A program made the translations under genes and the position numbers. DNA of 59,774 nucleotides from Gaiellales bacterium (GTDB taxonomy: Bacteria; Actinomycetota; Thermoleophilia; Gaiellales; JAICJC01): the NCBI GenBank assembly GCA_036263035.1, contig DATAHR010000264.1, positions 1-59,774 of the forward strand, read 5' to 3'. The notes under the pieces are model-generated. The model saw only the letters and a program-made list of their open reading frames with translations. It had not been told where the DNA came from and did no database searches. Position 1 is the first letter of the stretch, and every line of letters begins with the position of its first letter. Positions 26,052-35,257 of the stretch are shown here, piece after piece.

Positions 26052-26858
26052 GTGGCTCGTAAGGTCATCAACCGCCGCGTCCGCTACGAGGCCGAGTACG
26101 CCGCCTCGAAGAAGGAGGGGCACGCCTTCTTCCCCTACGCCATGTTCCACGACGTGGTCGTGAACCTGATGGTCGTGCTGATCATCGTCGCGATGGCCGT
26201 GATCTGGCATGCCACCGCCGGCCCGATCACCGCCCAGCACCCGCTCGGCGAGAACGGCTGGCTGGGCGCGCTCTACGAGGACAAGGCAAACCCGGCCGTC
26301 GCCGCGACGGAGCCGCGCCCCGAGTGGTACTTCCTGTTCCTGTTCGAGCTGCTGCGCATCTTCAAGCAGCCGTGGCAGCTGATCTTCGCCACGATCATCA
26401 TCCCCACCATCCTGATGGTGCTGCTGATCGTGTGGCCGTTCCTCGACACGGGCCGCGACCGGCGTCTCTCCCGCCGCCCGGCGGGTGTCGCACTTGGGCT
26501 GGCGACGCCGGCGGTGCTGATCGCGCTGACCATTGCAGGCGGCGCGGCGCCCGGTGCCGCAGGAGCATCGCTGACCGGGAATCCCGCGTTCGACAAGCTG
26601 CCGACCGCCGCGGTCATCCAGGGCGCCGGGTGTACCAGCTGCCATGACTTCGGCGGCGGTGGCCCCGCCATCGGCCCGTACCTGGGCAAGGGCGCGGTGG
26701 CCAACGGCTTCAACAACGACCCGGCGAAGATCAAGGCACAGATCACGAAGGGCGGCAACGGCATGCCGCCCTTCGGCGGCAAGATCTCGGACTCCCAGAT
26801 CCAGGACATGACGAACTTCATCGTGGGCCTCGGCACGGGCACGCCTCCCTCCCAGTAG
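26052..26858 (+). CDS. qcrC: Cytochrome b subunit-IV-like domain fused to a mono-heme c-type cytochrome
   Basis: PEWYFLFLFELLR (subunit IV motif), then a C-terminal CTSCH heme-c site and GNGMPPFGG (Met ligand). This architecture matches Bacillus QcrC. Confidence 0.85.
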   Translation: MARKVINRRVRYEAEYAASKKEGHAFFPYAMFHDVVVNLMVVLIIVAMAVIWHATAGPITAQHPLGENGWLGALYEDKANPAVAATEPRPEWYFLFLFELLRIFKQPWQLIFATIIIPTILMVLLIVWPFLDTGRDRRLSRRPAGVALGLATPAVLIALTIAGGAAPGAAGASLTGNPAFDKLPTAAVIQGAGCTSCHDFGGGGPAIGPYLGKGAVANGFNNDPAKIKAQITKGGNGMPPFGGKISDSQIQDMTNFIVGLGTGTPPSQ

Positions 26859-26868
26859 GCTTTCGGCC

Positions 26869-27477
26869 ATGCGCGTCATGCTCGGAATCACCGGGGCCTC
26901 CGGCGCGCCCTATGCCGCCCGTATCCTCCGCGCCCTGAGCGACGCGGGAGCCGACGTCGGCGTGTGCGCGAGCGCGGCCGGCCGTCAGGTGATCGCGCTC
27001 GAGATCCACGGCGACCGCGCGATGGATCCCAGCGACGCCCTGGAGCGCTTTGTTGCCGAGCACGGCGGCCCGGACGTGCGCATCTGGGCCGAGAAGGACT
27101 ACACCGCGCCCTACGCCTCGGGCAGCTCGCGAACGGATGCGGTGGTCATCTGCCCGTGCTCGATGGCGTCCATCGGCACGATCGTGGGCGGGGCCGAGGC
27201 GAACCTGATCCACCGGGCCGCCGGCGTGCAGCTGAAGGAGCGGCGCAAGCTGGTCGTCGTCCCGCGCGAGACCCCGCTCTCGTCGATCCACCTCGAGAAC
27301 CTGCTGAAGCTGCGCAACGCCGGCGCTGACGTGATTCCGGCGATGCCCGCCTTCTACCACCTGCCCCAGTCGATCGACGACATGATCGACTTCGTCGCCG
27401 GCCGCGTGATCGACTCGCTCGGCGTGGACATGACGCTGCACGAGCGGTGGGGCGAGTCCGAGGTGCGGTCGCCGTGA
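26869..27477 (+). CDS. ubiX: UbiX-family flavin prenyltransferase
   Basis: MRVMLGITGASGAPYAARILRAL...VICPCSMASIGTIVGG...VVVPRETPLSSIHLENLL. Confidence 0.93.
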   Translation: MRVMLGITGASGAPYAARILRALSDAGADVGVCASAAGRQVIALEIHGDRAMDPSDALERFVAEHGGPDVRIWAEKDYTAPYASGSSRTDAVVICPCSMASIGTIVGGAEANLIHRAAGVQLKERRKLVVVPRETPLSSIHLENLLKLRNAGADVIPAMPAFYHLPQSIDDMIDFVAGRVIDSLGVDMTLHERWGESEVRSP

Positions 27478-28160
27478 CGCTGCAGCCGGAGCAGGTGCGC
27501 GAGATGTTCGACCGTATCTCGCCCACCTACGACCGCATGAACGTGCTCATGTCGATGGGCCGCGACGGCCGGTGGCGGCGCGTGGCGGTGCGGGCCTCGG
27601 GCGTCGCCGTGGGCGGCACCGCCCTCGACGTCTGCTGCGGCACCGGTGATCTGGCCATCGAGCTGCGCAGGGCGGTCGGCCCGTCGGGGCGCGTGGTGGG
27701 GCTGGACTTCTCGCCGGGCATGCTGGCGTTCGCCGAGCGCAAGTGCCCGGCGGTCGAGTGGGTGCAGGGCGATGCCCTCGACCTGCCGTTCGCCGATGCC
27801 ACGTTCGATGCGGCCACGGTCGGCTTCGGGGTGCGCAACCTCGCCGACCTCGACCGCGGGTTCGCGGAGCTGGCGCGCGTCGTCCGGCCGGGCGGCCGGG
27901 TGGTCTGCCTGGAGATGAGCACGCCGCCCGCGGTGATCCGGCCGTTCTCGCGGCTCTGGACGGATTACGGTGTGCCGGTGCTCGGCAGGCTGGTGGCGCG
28001 CGACACCGACGCCTACAGCTATCTGCCCGCATCGGTGCACCGCTTCCCGCCGGCGCCGGAGGTGGCCGAGGTGATGCGGCGGGCGGGCCTCACCGGCGTC
28101 GTCTACCGCCGGCTGATGCTGGGCGTCGTTGCCCTTCACGTGGGAACCGTGCCGCGATGA
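27474..28160 (+). CDS. menG: Demethylmenaquinone methyltransferase (UbiE/MenG family)
   Basis: VREMFDRISPTYDRMNVLMSMGRDGRWRR...LDVCCGTGDL...GFGVRNL...YSYLPASV. GTGA overlap with the ubiX stop. Confidence 0.9.
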   Translation: MTLQPEQVREMFDRISPTYDRMNVLMSMGRDGRWRRVAVRASGVAVGGTALDVCCGTGDLAIELRRAVGPSGRVVGLDFSPGMLAFAERKCPAVEWVQGDALDLPFADATFDAATVGFGVRNLADLDRGFAELARVVRPGGRVVCLEMSTPPAVIRPFSRLWTDYGVPVLGRLVARDTDAYSYLPASVHRFPPAPEVAEVMRRAGLTGVVYRRLMLGVVALHVGTVPR

Positions 28161-29107
28161 GCCTTATGGCCACCGTCCACGTCGGCTTCGCCGACCGCGT
28201 CGAGCAGCGGCTCGAGCAGCTGGTCGCCGAGCGCCCGGGGGCGGTGGCCGAAGCAGGGGCCCGGACCCTGCGCTCCGGCGGCAAGCGCCTGCGGCCGCTG
28301 CTCGTCTCGATGTGCGCCACCGACGCCGCCCGGGAGGGCGAGGATCTGGTCGGGGCCGGCTGCGCCGTCGAGCTGGTGCACATGGCGACGCTGGTGCACG
28401 ACGACGTGCTCGACGCGGCGCCGCTGCGGAGGGGCCATCCAACGGTGTGGCAGACCGGCGGCCGGCCGCTGGCCACGGCCACCGGGGATGCGCTGTTCTC
28501 GCTCGCCTTCGGGGAGCTGACCGAGACGGGCGACATCGGCGCCGTGTCCCTGCTCGCGACCGCCTGCCTCTCGCTGGCTCGGGGCGAGCTCCTGCAGCGC
28601 CGCCAGGCGGGCGACCCGGCGGTCACGGAGCAGCAGTACCTCGAGCGCTGCGCGCTGAAGACGGGCAGCCTGTTCTCGGCTGCGGCGCGCCTGGGAGCGC
28701 GCCTATCCGGGCTGGGCGAGCACGACGGCGCTGCGCTCGGCCGGTTCGCCGAGGCGCTCGGACTCGCGTTCCAGATCGCCGACGACGTGCTCGACTGCGA
28801 CGGCGACCCGGACACGACCGGCAAGCCGCTGGGGACGGATCTGCTCGACGGGACCGTGTCGCTGCCGCTGCTGCTCGCCGCGCAGCGCGATGCCGAGGTG
28901 CGGGCGGTCATCTCCCGCGGCGCGGCTCCGGCGGACGTGTTGCCCACCCTGGCACGCGTGGTGGCAAGCGGAGCGGTCGCCGACGCGCGGGAGCGGGCCC
29001 TCGCGCTCGCGGCGCGGGCCGCCGCCGAGCTGGACGGGGTGAGGGCGCCGGTCGACCGCGACGCGCTGCGGGACGCCGTCCGCATCGCCTCCGACCGCAG
29101 CAGCTAG
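28157..29107 (+). CDS. Long-chain polyprenyl diphosphate synthase
   Basis: GGKRLRPLL, LVHDDVLDAAPLRRG (first DDxxD) and FQIADDVLD (second DDxxD). ATGA overlap with menG. Confidence 0.9.
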   Translation: MSLMATVHVGFADRVEQRLEQLVAERPGAVAEAGARTLRSGGKRLRPLLVSMCATDAAREGEDLVGAGCAVELVHMATLVHDDVLDAAPLRRGHPTVWQTGGRPLATATGDALFSLAFGELTETGDIGAVSLLATACLSLARGELLQRRQAGDPAVTEQQYLERCALKTGSLFSAAARLGARLSGLGEHDGAALGRFAEALGLAFQIADDVLDCDGDPDTTGKPLGTDLLDGTVSLPLLLAAQRDAEVRAVISRGAAPADVLPTLARVVASGAVADARERALALAARAAAELDGVRAPVDRDALRDAVRIASDRSS

Positions 29108-29111
29108 AGGT

Positions 29112-30464
29112 CTAGGGCCGGAATGTCCGGTGGTACGCCGCGCCGGAGAGGCAGGCCCGTTGCGCCGCCCCATCCACGAGGGAGTCGAACCACAGCCGTT
29201 CGGGTGACCACTCCCTGCCCACCCGGTATCGGCCGTCGCCCAGCGGCACCAGCGGCTGGCGGTCGCTGCCGAGGTGGTCGAATCCCCACTCCAGCGCTCC
29301 GTCGCGTGCGATCACGCGGAAGTTCGTCAGCCAGGCGATGTGCGAGCGGTAATGCCCGACGATCTGCCGCCATTCGGGCGGCCCGCTGCCGTCGTCCACC
29401 ATCGGGTCCTTGAACCGCGGTGCAAACGGCTTCGGCGTCTCACCCTCGGCCAGGGCGAACGCGGCGTCGGCGATGTCGTCCGCCCAGATGATGCCCGTGG
29501 CCATGGCCACGGCGCCGAGCTGTCCCTTGCTCCACATCATGGATTCGGTGCCGATCATCGCGCCGCTGTGGCCGAACTCCGTCCCCCTGATGTCGAGCCC
29601 ATAGCCGTAGTGATCGCCCTTCTCCTCGTCGTCGTCGTCGTTCAGGACGTGCGGGGTGAGCATCGTCTCCCAGGAGTCCGGCGAGAGCAGCCGCTCGTCG
29701 CGGTTCATGATCGCGCGGAGGTAGGCGGCCAGGTCGCCCGCGCTGCAGCAGATGCAGCCGTCGGCCTCCGCGCTGTCGATCCAGGTGCCCGGCATCAGCG
29801 GCTCACCCGGGCGCCAGGGACGGTCGTCGAACGCCGGCACGACGCACTGCGCCATGCGCGGTCGGATCTCCGGCACGATCCAGGGCTCCGACTCGGCCAG
29901 TCCGAGGCGGTCGAGCACCCGCTCGCGCACCAGGTCGGGGTAGCCGCGCCCGCATGTCTGTTCGAGCATCATCCCGACAACTCGGTAGCCCACGTTCGAG
30001 TACCAGAAGTGGGCACCCGGATCGAAGCCGGTCTCGGTCTCGGCGAGCGCGATCACGTCGTAGTTGCTGCCGGTGGCCACCTCGGCCCCGCGGATCAGGC
30101 CCGAGCTGTGAGTGAGCAGGTGATGCAGGGTGATGGGGCCGCGACCACCGCCCACCGCGAACCACGGCAGAACGTCGGTGACCGCGGCATGCAGGTCGAG
30201 CAGGCCCTCCTCGACCAGCTGGAGCGCGACGATCGCGGTGAACGACTTGCCGATCGACCCGATCTGGAACATCGTCGAGTCCTCTACCGGCCCATACGTG
30301 CGAAGCGCGATCGTGTGTTCCCGGTCGGTGACTGCAACGGCAACGGCGCCCGCAGCGCCGGTCTCGATCAGCGCGCCGGCGTAGGCGTCGAGCCCGCTGA
30401 CCAGCTCGTCCCGTATCTGCACAGGCTGCACGTCGCGCAGACTACACTGCGCCTGCATGGCCAT
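29112..30464 (-). CDS. Beta-lactamase-family serine hydrolase (class C / esterase-like) with C-terminal extension
   Basis: FQIGSIGKSFTA (SxxK), HLLTHSSGL and YSNVGY (YxN). The start is uncertain (ATG 30464 or 30458, or a downstream GTG). The track start 30641 is antisense to mqnE. Confidence 0.75.
   Translation of the reverse strand: MAMQAQCSLRDVQPVQIRDELVSGLDAYAGALIETGAAGAVAVAVTDREHTIALRTYGPVEDSTMFQIGSIGKSFTAIVALQLVEEGLLDLHAAVTDVLPWFAVGGGRGPITLHHLLTHSSGLIRGAEVATGSNYDVIALAETETGFDPGAHFWYSNVGYRVVGMMLEQTCGRGYPDLVRERVLDRLGLAESEPWIVPEIRPRMAQCVVPAFDDRPWRPGEPLMPGTWIDSAEADGCICCSAGDLAAYLRAIMNRDERLLSPDSWETMLTPHVLNDDDDEEKGDHYGYGLDIRGTEFGHSGAMIGTESMMWSKGQLGAVAMATGIIWADDIADAAFALAEGETPKPFAPRFKDPMVDDGSGPPEWRQIVGHYRSHIAWLTNFRVIARDGALEWGFDHLGSDRQPLVPLGDGRYRVGREWSPERLWFDSLVDGAAQRACLSGAAYHRTFRP
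30443..30448 (+). promoter_or_regulatory. -10-like TACACT, 8 nt upstream of mqnE ATG 30457
   Basis: TACACTgcgcctgcATG. The same hexamer precedes the UbiD gene (23024-23029, 9 nt from ATG 23039). Confidence 0.4.
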
Positions 30465-31566
30465 CGCCGCCCGCCTGGACACGCTCTCCGAGATCCGCGA
30501 GAAGGTGCTCGCCAATGAGCGGCTCGACTTCGACGACGGGGTCACGCTGCTCGAGTCGGACGACCTGACGGCCCTGGGCGAGCTGGCCGACACGGCCCGC
30601 CGGCTGCGCGGCGGCACCGACGAGGTGTACTTCGTCAACAACCTCTACCTGAACCACACGAACGTGTGCCGGGTGAAGTGCAAGTTCTGCGCGTTCGCCG
30701 TGACCGGAAAGCAGCCCGCCGCCTACACCTGGGACATCGACCAGCTGGTGGCGCACGCGGTCGACGTGTACGAGCGGGAGCACTACAGCGAGATCCACAT
30801 GGTCGGCGGCGAGAACCCGCACCTGGACTACCGCTACTACATCGACATCACCCGCGCCCTGCACGAGGCGCTGCCGGACGTGCATCTCAAGCTGTTCACG
30901 GCATCCGAGATCCACCACATGCACAAGCTGTCGGGCCTCCCGCGGGAGCAGATCCTCGCCGACCTCAAGGAGGCGGGACTGGGGTCGCTGCCGGGCGGCG
31001 GCGCCGAGGTGTTCGCAGACCGCGTGCGCAGGCTGGTCGCCCCCGGCAAGGAGCACCCCGACAACTGGATCGCCACCCACCGCGCCGCCCACCAGCTGGG
31101 GATGCCGACGCACTGCACGATGCTCTACGGGCATGTCGAGACGTACGAGGAGCGCGTCGACCACTGGCTGCGGCTGCGCGACCTGCAGGACGAGACGGGT
31201 GGCTTCCTCGCCTTCATCCCGCTGCCGTTCCATCCCGAGAACACGGTCTTCCAGCGTCGCGGCTGGCGCTTCTCGACCGGCTACGACGACCTCAAGATGA
31301 TCGCGGTCTCGCGGCTGATGATGGACAACATCCCGAACATCAAGGCCTACTGGATCATGATCTCGACGCCCCTCGCGCAGATCGCACTGCACTACGGGGC
31401 GAACGACATCCAGGGGACGGTGATGGAGGAGCAGATCGCGCACGCGGCCGGCGCCGTCACGCCGCAGGAGGAGAAGATCCAGGATCTCGTGGCGCTGATC
31501 CGCGAGGCCGGGCGGATCCCGGTGCAGCGCGACACGCTCTACAACACGGTGCGCACCTTTGACTGA
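30457..31566 (+). CDS. mqnE: Aminodeoxyfutalosine synthase (radical SAM, MqnE-type)
   Basis: CRVKCKFCAF radical-SAM triad, FTASEIHH, CTMLYGHVE, LRLRDLQDETGGF and HYGANDIQGTV. The E versus C assignment is from recalled family motifs. Confidence 0.8.
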   Translation: MAIAARLDTLSEIREKVLANERLDFDDGVTLLESDDLTALGELADTARRLRGGTDEVYFVNNLYLNHTNVCRVKCKFCAFAVTGKQPAAYTWDIDQLVAHAVDVYEREHYSEIHMVGGENPHLDYRYYIDITRALHEALPDVHLKLFTASEIHHMHKLSGLPREQILADLKEAGLGSLPGGGAEVFADRVRRLVAPGKEHPDNWIATHRAAHQLGMPTHCTMLYGHVETYEERVDHWLRLRDLQDETGGFLAFIPLPFHPENTVFQRRGWRFSTGYDDLKMIAVSRLMMDNIPNIKAYWIMISTPLAQIALHYGANDIQGTVMEEQIAHAAGAVTPQEEKIQDLVALIREAGRIPVQRDTLYNTVRTFD

Positions 31567-32335
31567 CGCTCCCCTTCGCCTCGGCCGGATCAGCTACGCC
31601 AACATGGCGCCGGTCTTCTACGAGCTCGAGGAAGACGGGCTGGAGCAGATCACGGGCGTGCCCACCGAGCTGAACCGGATGCTCGTCGACGGCGAGCTCG
31701 ACGTGGCGCCGATCAGCTCGATCGAGTACGCGCGCAACGCCGACCGGCTGCGCCTGCTGCCGCGCCTGTGCGTCTCCACCGAGGGCGCCGTCGACTCGAT
31801 CCAGCTGATCACCCGAAAGCCGCTCGAGCAGGTGCGGTCGGTGGCCGTCACCCCGGAGAGCGCGACCTCCGTGGTGCTGACCCGGGTGCTGCTCGGCGAG
31901 GTGGATCTGGTGCCGCTGGCCGAGCCCGCGGACGCGAAGATGCTGATCGGCGACGACGCCCTGCGCAGCGCGTTCGACGATCCGACGCCGCATTACGACC
32001 TCGGCCGCCTCTGGCAGGAGCGCACCGGGCTGCCCATGGTCTACGCCGTCTGGGCCTGCCGCGACGGCAACGAGGAGGCGCTGGAGCGGCTGGAGCGCGC
32101 CCACCTGCGCTCGCTGGCAGTATCGCGGGCCGAGCCCGAGGCGCTCGCCCGCCGCGCATCCGCGGAGTACGGCTGGCCGGCCGGGTTCCTGGCCCGGTAC
32201 TTCGAGAAGCTGCGATACCACTTCGGGCCGCGCGAGCGGCAGGGCATGCAGCGGTTCTTCGAGCTGGCGCACCTGGCCGGGGAGCTTGACGCCGTGCCGG
32301 AGCTGCGCTTCGTCGACGCGGAGCGGGTGGCCTGA
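31559..32335 (+). CDS. mqnA: Chorismate dehydratase (MqnA, VitK2_biosynth family)
   Basis: LRLGRISYANMAPVFYEL...GELDVAPISSIEY...MVYAVWA. TTG start overlaps the mqnE end by 8 nt. Confidence 0.8.
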   Translation: MTDAPLRLGRISYANMAPVFYELEEDGLEQITGVPTELNRMLVDGELDVAPISSIEYARNADRLRLLPRLCVSTEGAVDSIQLITRKPLEQVRSVAVTPESATSVVLTRVLLGEVDLVPLAEPADAKMLIGDDALRSAFDDPTPHYDLGRLWQERTGLPMVYAVWACRDGNEEALERLERAHLRSLAVSRAEPEALARRASAEYGWPAGFLARYFEKLRYHFGPRERQGMQRFFELAHLAGELDAVPELRFVDAERVA

Positions 32336-33450
32336 TGGCGGTGGACGTCCGCACCGCCACGGTGGCCGAGGTGCTCGACAAGGCCCTGTCCGGCGAGCGC
32401 ATCAGCGACGAGGACGCACGCACGCTCCTCACCTCGCGGGAGCTGGTCGCGATCGGGCAGGCGGCCCACGAGCTGCGCTGCCGCAAGGCGCCGGCCGACC
32501 GGGTCACCTTCATCGTCGACCGGAACCTGAACTACACGAACATCTGCTACACGGACTGCAACTTCTGCGCGTTCTACCGGCGGCCGGGCGACACCCGCGA
32601 GGGCTACACCCTGCCGCGTCCCGTCATCTTCAAGAAGATCGAGGAGACGCTGGCGCTGGGCGGCACGGCGCTGCTCATGCAGGGCGGCCACAACCCGGAG
32701 CTCGGCATCGAGTGGTACGAGGATCTGTTCCGGGAGATCAAGGCCCGCTACCCGATCCACCTGCATGCGCTCTCGCCGAGCGAGGTGCAGCACATCGCCC
32801 GCAAGGCGCGGCTGACCCCGTCGGAGACGCTGTCACGGCTCCGCGACGCGGGACTGGACTCGCTGCCCGGGGGTGGGGCGGAGATCCTCGTCGACCGGGT
32901 GCGGCGCATCATCTCGCCGACGAAGACGACGTCGGACGAGTGGCTCGGCATCATGCGCGCCGCACACCGCCTGGGCATGAGCACCACCGCCACGATGATG
33001 TGGGGTCACGTCGAGACGCTGGACGAGCGGATCGAGCATCTCCGCCGCATCCGTGAGCTGCAGGACGAGATGCACGGGTTCCGGGCCTTCATCAGCTGGA
33101 CGTTCCAGCCTGACAACACCGAGCTGGCCCAGCAGGTGACGTGGTATCCCACCAGCTTCGACTACCTCCTGATGCAGGCCGTCAGCCGCATCTACCTGGA
33201 CAACGTCGACCACATCCAGAGCTCCTGGGTGACCCAGGGCATGAAGGTCGGGCAGGTGGCGTTGTTCTACGGCGCGGACGATCTCGGCTCGATCATGATC
33301 GAGGAGAACGTCGTCTCCGCGGCGGGCACCACCTACCGCGCCGGCGTCGAGGACTTCCTGCACACGATCCGCAACGCGGGCTTCCGGCCCTCGCAGCGGG
33401 ACACGCTCTACCGCACGGTGCGGGACTACCCGCTCGCTGCCACGGCGTGA
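32335..33450 (+). CDS. mqnC: Cyclic dehypoxanthinyl futalosine synthase (radical SAM, MqnC-type)
   Basis: CYTDCNFCAF triad, LLMQGGHNP, ATMMWGHVE, FISWTFQPDNT and FYGADDLGSIMIEENV. TGATG overlap with mqnA. Confidence 0.8.
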   Translation: MAVDVRTATVAEVLDKALSGERISDEDARTLLTSRELVAIGQAAHELRCRKAPADRVTFIVDRNLNYTNICYTDCNFCAFYRRPGDTREGYTLPRPVIFKKIEETLALGGTALLMQGGHNPELGIEWYEDLFREIKARYPIHLHALSPSEVQHIARKARLTPSETLSRLRDAGLDSLPGGGAEILVDRVRRIISPTKTTSDEWLGIMRAAHRLGMSTTATMMWGHVETLDERIEHLRRIRELQDEMHGFRAFISWTFQPDNTELAQQVTWYPTSFDYLLMQAVSRIYLDNVDHIQSSWVTQGMKVGQVALFYGADDLGSIMIEENVVSAAGTTYRAGVEDFLHTIRNAGFRPSQRDTLYRTVRDYPLAATA

Positions 33451-33851
33451 AGGCGTCCGCCTCCCGCTCGATCCCGGCGCCGCCCGAGGCGGTGTGGGCC
33501 GTCATCTCCGACCCCGAGCGGCACATCCGCACGCTGCCGCCGTCGGTCTCCGGAGCGCGGGTGCTCGAGTCGGGTGAGATCACGTGCGTGGTTTCGGCGA
33601 TGGGCCGCAGCGAGCCCATGCGCGTGCGCCGTACGGTGCTCGAGCCACCCCGGCGGCTGGTCGAGGAGCGGGTGGACGGCAAGCGCGCGGGGCGCACCGA
33701 GTTCCTGATCCAGCCGGAGGGATCCGGGAGCCGCGTCACGGTCAACGCCGACATCGAGCTGCCCCGGCTGCTGAGCGCGGTGGCGAAGGGGCCCGTGGAG
33801 CAGGGGCTGGCGCAGCAGCTGCAGGGGCTGGAGCGCGAGGCGACCGCGTGA
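33447..33851 (+). CDS. SRPBCC (START / polyketide-cyclase-like) ligand-binding protein
   Basis: VKASASRSIPAPPEAVWAVISDPERH... is a typical SRPBCC N-terminus. GTGA overlap with the mqnC stop. Confidence 0.7.
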   Translation: MKASASRSIPAPPEAVWAVISDPERHIRTLPPSVSGARVLESGEITCVVSAMGRSEPMRVRRTVLEPPRRLVEERVDGKRAGRTEFLIQPEGSGSRVTVNADIELPRLLSAVAKGPVEQGLAQQLQGLEREATA

Positions 33852-34645
33852 GCGTCCGGCTGGATTTCGGCTCGTTCGCCGAGCACTACGACCGCCTGCT
33901 CGTCCCCGCCATGTTCGGCCCGCTGGCCGAGGCGGTGGCGGGCGCGGTCGAGGCGGCGCCGGGCGACCGAGCGCTGGACGTGGCGTGCGGGACGGGTGCG
34001 CTCAGCCGCCTGCTGGCCGAGCGCGTCATGCCGGGAGGCGAGGTCACCGGCCTGGATCTGGCGGAGGGCATGCTCGAGGTCGCTCGCGCGCGCGGCGGCG
34101 GCTCGGCGTACGTGCAGGGATCCGCGGACGCGTTGCCGTTCGAGGGCGGGCGGTTCACCGTCGTCACCTGTCAGCAGGGCCTCCAGTTCACCGACGACCC
34201 GACGGCGGTGCTGAGGGAGTTCGCGCGGGTGCTGGCGCCGGGCGGCAGGATCGGAGTCGCGTGCTGGTCGGAGCTCGAGCAGGACGCCGGCTTCCTCGCG
34301 CTTGCCGAGGCGGCGGACGAGCATCTCGGCGCCGAGGCGGGGCGGATGGTGCGCGCGCCGTTTCGCCTCGCTGACCCCGCAGAGCTGCGCGGCCGGTTCG
34401 AGGCGGCCGGCATCGCTGATGTCGTGATCGAGATCGAGCGCGTCGCCGCCCGGGTGCCAGTGCCTCCCGGCCGGTTCGCCGATGCGGTGATGGCTGCCGG
34501 GCCGGCCGGGGTGGCGTACGCAGCGGCTCCCCCGGCCGTTCGCGAGGCGTTCGCCGCCGACGTCGCCCGGCGGCTGCAGGGGCACGCCAGCGCAGACGCC
34601 GTCGCCTTCGAGATGCCGTCGCTGATCGCCGTGGCCCGGGTCTAG
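33848..34645 (+). CDS. Class I SAM-dependent methyltransferase
   Basis: ALDVACGTGALS (motif I), VTGLDLAEGML and LAPGGRIGV. GTGA overlap with the SRPBCC stop. Confidence 0.8.
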   Translation: MSVRLDFGSFAEHYDRLLVPAMFGPLAEAVAGAVEAAPGDRALDVACGTGALSRLLAERVMPGGEVTGLDLAEGMLEVARARGGGSAYVQGSADALPFEGGRFTVVTCQQGLQFTDDPTAVLREFARVLAPGGRIGVACWSELEQDAGFLALAEAADEHLGAEAGRMVRAPFRLADPAELRGRFEAAGIADVVIEIERVAARVPVPPGRFADAVMAAGPAGVAYAAAPPAVREAFAADVARRLQGHASADAVAFEMPSLIAVARV

Positions 34646-34651
34646 CTCTCG

Positions 34652-35245
34652 GTGCTCTCCTCGCTCGCACACTGGGTGCAGGATCAGGTCGCCGCGCATG
34701 GCCTGTGGGCGGTGTTCTGGCTGATGGTGCTCGAGAGCGCGTGCATCCCGATCCCGAGCGAGGTGACGATGATCTACGCCGGGTACCTGGTGTCGCAGGG
34801 CGACCTGGTGTTCTGGCAGGCGGTGCTGGTGGGCGCGTTGGGCAATCTGGTCGGCTCGTGGATCGCGTGGGGCGCGGGGGCCTACGGGGTCGATCCCGCG
34901 TTCCTGCGCAGCGAGCACCAGGCCCGCCGGGTCGAGCAGGCGCAGCGCTGGTTCGACCGCTACGGCACCCCGGTCGTGTTCTTCTCGCGGATGGTGCCGC
35001 TCGTCCGCACGTTCATCTCGCTGCCCGCCGGCATGGCGCGGATGCCGCTCGGGCGCTTCTCCGTGCTGACCTTCCTCGGCTGCCTGCCGTGGTGCGCGCT
35101 GCTGGTCTGGATCGGCGACGCGGCCGGGAAGAACTGGGACACGTGGCACCACCGGCTCGGCTATCTGGACTACCTGGTGGTGGCGCTGGGGCTGGCGGCG
35201 GTGGGCTGGTGGCTACTGCGACGAAGGCGGGAGAGCACGGCCTAG
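34652..35245 (+). CDS. DedA-family membrane protein
   Basis: LESACIPIPSEV...GNLVGSWIAW...RWFDRYGTPVVFFSRMVPLVRTFISLPAG. Confidence 0.88.
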   Translation: MLSSLAHWVQDQVAAHGLWAVFWLMVLESACIPIPSEVTMIYAGYLVSQGDLVFWQAVLVGALGNLVGSWIAWGAGAYGVDPAFLRSEHQARRVEQAQRWFDRYGTPVVFFSRMVPLVRTFISLPAGMARMPLGRFSVLTFLGCLPWCALLVWIGDAAGKNWDTWHHRLGYLDYLVVALGLAAVGWWLLRRRRESTA

Positions 35246-35257
35246 GATTCGCGCCTC

